Position numbers and translations under genes: made by a program
NCBI GenBank assembly: GCA_016748015.1
Contig: JAAOMT010000577.1
Coordinates: 62,001-126,000, forward strand
DNA length: 64,000 nt
Source of the DNA: Geosiphon pyriformis uo1
Taxonomy: Eukaryota > Fungi > Glomeromycota
Reading direction: 5' to 3'
Notes under the pieces: generated by a model
The model's database searches: none
Seen by the model: only the letters and a program-made list of their open reading frames with translations
What the model was told of the DNA's origin: nothing
Shown here: piece after piece, positions 60,392-64,000 of the stretch
Numbering within the stretch: position 1 is the stretch's first letter
Layout: each line of letters starts with the position of its first letter

Positions 60392-61537
60392 TCAAGTAGC
60401 TTCTATAGTTTTGAAAAGAATCTTTAATGCTTGATCGCAAGTATAGGGACGATATTTATTGCCCTTGCTATAATACCTAATAGCCTTATGAAGATCCAAA
60501 GGAACTCCGAGACCACCTTGATAACAGCGAGCTGTATTAAATGCTCCACATTTTGATTCATCTAAAGCGGCTTTGCGAAACCAAAAAACTGCCTTTAATA
60601 AATCCTTTCTTGTTCCCAGGTTATTCAGATAACTCCAACCCAGATCATTTTTTGAGGTTGGGTTACCACCCTCCGCTGATTCTTTATACAATTGAAATGC
60701 TCGCGTCTCGTCTAATGGCACACCAAACCCATTTCGGTAACATACAGCAAGGCTTCTTAATGCTCCAGGATATTTTGTCTCTGCTGCCTTTTGATATATC
60801 TGAAATGCCTTATGTTCATCTTTTAGGACACCGTATCCTTTAAAGTAATAATAAGCGAGATTCAATTGTCCATGAATTTCACCATTAACAGCTGATTTTT
60901 GAATATATTCCAGCGATTTTTCCAAATTTGCTTTGATCCCAAGACCTTGGCGATAACAATAACCGGTCTGGGTTTGAGCAAAAACGTTACCCAGATCTGC
61001 TGCAAACCTATAACGCTTAAAAGCCAACTCATAATCTTTATTGGTTCCAATTCCATAGTTTTGAAAAAACCCTGATAGGCAAACACAAGGAGGTATAGAC
61101 GATTGTCCTTCTAACAACTCAAAAATTTCCTCCTCTATCTGGTTTGCTTTTTTAATAAAAGTTTTGAGTCCAGCTGCGATAAATTCATCCTCGCCAGTAA
61201 TAAGTGTAAGTTTAGTGAAAACTCCCAAAAGGTTTGTAATCAAGTTTTTTTCGAATGAATTGAGCCCTATAAACGGTATTTCACTGGCACTTAAATATGG
61301 CGAAAAGCAATTTTCTGGGAAGAGAGCTCTCTCTTTTTGATTTATCGATTTAGATCCAAATTTTGCTGCTATACGCTTATAAATAAACAAGGGTGAGTTT
61401 GATTTGTTACCAAGATTTGCTTTTTTGGAAGATAAATGGCGAGACACTAATCCATTGTGTTCGTTTCCTTTCTTAGCGTCGATAGGATTTGTGAACTTTT
61501 GACGAAAAATTTCAAAACAATTCTCGACAAATGGCAT
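60392..61537 (-). CDS. Sel1-like repeat protein with basic N-terminal extension
   Basis: SGFFQNYGIGT, AQTQTGYCYRQGLG, GQLNLAYYYFKGYGV, SKNDLGWSY; shares CFxPYxSAxxIPFxG and LTxITGEDE with the 51546 gene. Confidence 0.93.
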   Translation of the reverse strand: MPFVENCFEIFRQKFTNPIDAKKGNEHNGLVSRHLSSKKANLGNKSNSPLFIYKRIAAKFGSKSINQKERALFPENCFSPYLSASEIPFIGLNSFEKNLITNLLGVFTKLTLITGEDEFIAAGLKTFIKKANQIEEEIFELLEGQSSIPPCVCLSGFFQNYGIGTNKDYELAFKRYRFAADLGNVFAQTQTGYCYRQGLGIKANLEKSLEYIQKSAVNGEIHGQLNLAYYYFKGYGVLKDEHKAFQIYQKAAETKYPGALRSLAVCYRNGFGVPLDETRAFQLYKESAEGGNPTSKNDLGWSYLNNLGTRKDLLKAVFWFRKAALDESKCGAFNTARCYQGGLGVPLDLHKAIRYYSKGNKYRPYTCDQALKILFKTIEAT

Positions 61538-62129
61538 TGGAAGTAACTAGAAATATATTGTATTTAAAAATTAAAAACTTTTGTAATGGGCCTTATCAAG
61601 ACTTGGAATAAAGTTTATCTATGTGTTTTTATTTTGAGTGTTACTATTAATAAATGAGAGTGGCCCGTTGAATGTTTCTCTGCAGACTCTATGACATTCA
61701 TAACGCATAGACTTAATCTAGAGTGACCAATAGTTTTACCTAAAAATCCCGATGCTCATTTCTACGCTTCATTGCAGGATGAAGTTTTGATATGAAAGAT
61801 TTTATAAAATGAACAATTATATTTATACCCAAAATATTATATTTCCAATGTAATGTTATCAGAAAATTTTACTGTTTTTTTTTCATGTGAAATACTTGTA
61901 TAAACTGTTGTTGTTAAAAGTTAGTTTTTTCTTTAAATGTGTTTTGAATTCTTTGTTAATAACATAAGTTTCTCTTTTTTGAATTTTTAAATGATTTTGC
62001 AATTAATAAATTATATTAAATTTTTTGCTTGAAATATTTGTTTATATAATTATTTTAATATATTTTTCAGCTCAAAGATGATCCAAAAATTATAATAGTT
62101 TCATTTCATACAAGTTGGTAGCTAATTAA

Positions 62130-62575
62130 ATAATATCAAACCTCACCGTGAGGTTCATCAAATGGACATTCATTCGAGCATTGCGATTAGACTACTTTTG
62201 AACGAAGGATAATTGAGGAATAAATTAAATTGCTGTATAGCATATGAAGATTGGTCAGTTCGCAAATGGAAAAACGTTATATGGAAGAATGGATCACATG
62301 GTGATACATTGGATATTTTTCGAAAAGGGTATTCATTTCAAAATGATAACGCCCTGTCCATACTGCAAAACATGTTCAAGATTGGATAAAACAAGAGAAG
62401 ATTCTCAATCTCCAGACCTTTGCTTCTAAGAAATCTTGGCAATTTTGAAAAAGCATTACAAGAAAAATAAAATTTCCAAAGTAATCAAATTGCAATATGT
62501 ATTATATAAAGACAAAATATAAATGGCATGAGGCTCTTGGAAGACATGGATTAAACATCTGTCATTAATCGCAGT
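62130..62575 (+). mobile_element. Tc1/mariner DDE transposase relic
   Basis: YEDWSVRKWKNVIW, YSFQNDNA/VHTAKHVQDWIKQEK and SQSPDL match the Tc1 motifs WxxVxWSDE, FQQDNAPxH and SPDLN; frameshifted and internally deleted. Confidence 0.75.
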
Positions 62576-63258
62576 TATGTGATACTAGTTGTCAATATTG
62601 AATAATAAATGTTTAGCTCTATATCAAAAAGAATATAATTGACAGAATTGAGAAAAATTTTTAAAACTGATAATTATCAAAGATTTGATTAATAATATAT
62701 TGTGAATTCACAAAATTATTATTATTAAAAATGATACATAATTTATTAATTAATATAAGTTCAATTTTAATAATAATGGTTGATAATATATGAATATTTT
62801 TTAATTTATAATATTTTATATTTAACATATTTCAATTATTTTTATTTTCATTATTAAAGATTTGATAATAATATAAAATTTTATCAAATTTCTTTTTCTT
62901 TGATTAATTTTTGAATAATTAAATTAACAACAATTGAATTTTAATTTTATTTATCTTACCTTTTATATTTTGTTATTTTAAGAATTTTGCAATCATTAAA
63001 TACCAAAAAAATAATTTCGAGAATAATATTAAAAGCAGTTATGAAATTATTTCATTTTGGTAATGGTAATTTTATTTATGATTTTAAAGTAATATATTTT
63101 GAAATACAGAAAGTGGTGCAATTGTTCATACTGAAAACTTTTTTTTAAAAAAAACCCCCCTCTCAAAAAAACATTTTTTCGATCTGAAAATACGAGATAG
63201 AATGAATGATTGAGCATAGGATAACATTATACTTTTACGCTATGCTATTTACTACATA

Positions 63259-63999
63259 CTAATTGGATTTTGCTAATACTATGGCCTTACAAATAATTCT
63301 TCGCTTCGTGGGATTATCAAGATAAATACCAATAGCTGGGAACCCGCAGATATCTACTACCCCATTTTCATAATCCCATGATCCTTCCATCAATCCGCTA
63401 TCTAAAGGAGTTCCCGCTCCGAAGAACTTAATTTGGGGAATTTGTTCTTGGGTGTTTATCCGATAGAGAAAAATACAGATGACTTGACGAATCACTTCAG
63501 CTGCTTGACTTGGGAATTCGGCTTTGTATTCTTCTGAAAGTATTTCGCGATAGTTTTCAATTTTCTCGAGTATAATTCTCGTCAACTTTTTAAAAAAGGG
63601 TTGGTTTTGATCTGAAAACGCATGCGATCCTAGTACCGCATACACTTGTTGTCGAACCTTGATGGGAGCCATTTTGGCAAATTCATCGTTAATAATAAGA
63701 GTACTGGAATACTTTTCCATTAGGCCAATTAATGAATCTACTGTTGAAGAAATTGAGACTTCAAGGTTTCCACTGTTGTCAAATGTTGATTGTATGTTTT
63801 GGTTTTGTGCATAGTACTTTTGAATCGCATCTTGAATGGTCATTATAGTAAGTCCTTGTAATGCAAAGCTTACAGCTGTTTTTCCCTTAAAACTTGAAAT
63901 TTGGGCTTCACAATTGAAGGCCTGTAGAAGTTTTTGACAGTTTTTAGAATTTAGCTTAAAATTACTACCTCGAACCTTAGTAAAATCACGAACTAAGTT
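63259..63999 (-). CDS. Hypothetical protein, 5' end beyond the window
   Basis: The frame stays open from the window edge through the 194-aa tracked ORF; C-terminal VDICGFPAIG...RIICKAIV. Confidence 0.75.
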   Translation of the reverse strand, partial: NLVRDFTKVRGSNFKLNSKNCQKLLQAFNCEAQISSFKGKTAVSFALQGLTIMTIQDAIQKYYAQNQNIQSTFDNSGNLEVSISSTVDSLIGLMEKYSSTLIINDEFAKMAPIKVRQQVYAVLGSHAFSDQNQPFFKKLTRIILEKIENYREILSEEYKAEFPSQAAEVIRQVICIFLYRINTQEQIPQIKFFGAGTPLDSGLMEGSWDYENGVVDICGFPAIGIYLDNPTKRRIICKAIVLAKSN

Positions 64000-64000
64000 T

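Noticed and set aside
1-64000. tRNA or rRNA genes
   Set aside because: None recognised by eye; a covariance-model scan would be needed to exclude them.

Overview
AT-rich, intron-containing eukaryotic DNA. The gene content (Sel1-repeat proteins, a tyrosine-kinase-like/Sel1 fusion, class 3 lipases) points to a Glomeromycotina (arbuscular-mycorrhizal-type) fungus; this is inference, not a database match. The window is dominated by a cluster of about 10 intact and at least 3 decayed Sel1-like-repeat (SLR) genes that share a helical N-terminal module. It also holds two class 3 lipase homologues whose nucleophile serine is replaced (GHGIGG), a multi-intron short-chain dehydrogenase and a multi-intron C2-domain gene (both largely missed by the ORF track), several orphan ORFs, Tc1/mariner relics and long AT-rich tracts. 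The main hidden system is a family of IS607-type elements encoding a serine recombinase (TnpA) overlapping a Fanzor2/TnpB RNA-guided nuclease. It occurs as four long degenerate copies plus one fragment (about 19.3-20.8 kb minus, 32.2-33.8 kb plus, 44.6-44.8 kb plus, 44.9-46.3 kb plus, 58.0-59.6 kb minus). Combining the copies by eye recovers the recombinase catalytic motif, all three RuvC motifs, the zinc finger, a probable spliceosomal intron present in some copies, and a conserved 3' non-coding tail that is a candidate omegaRNA scaffold. No copy is intact. All alignments were done by eye and boundaries of degenerate features are approximate.
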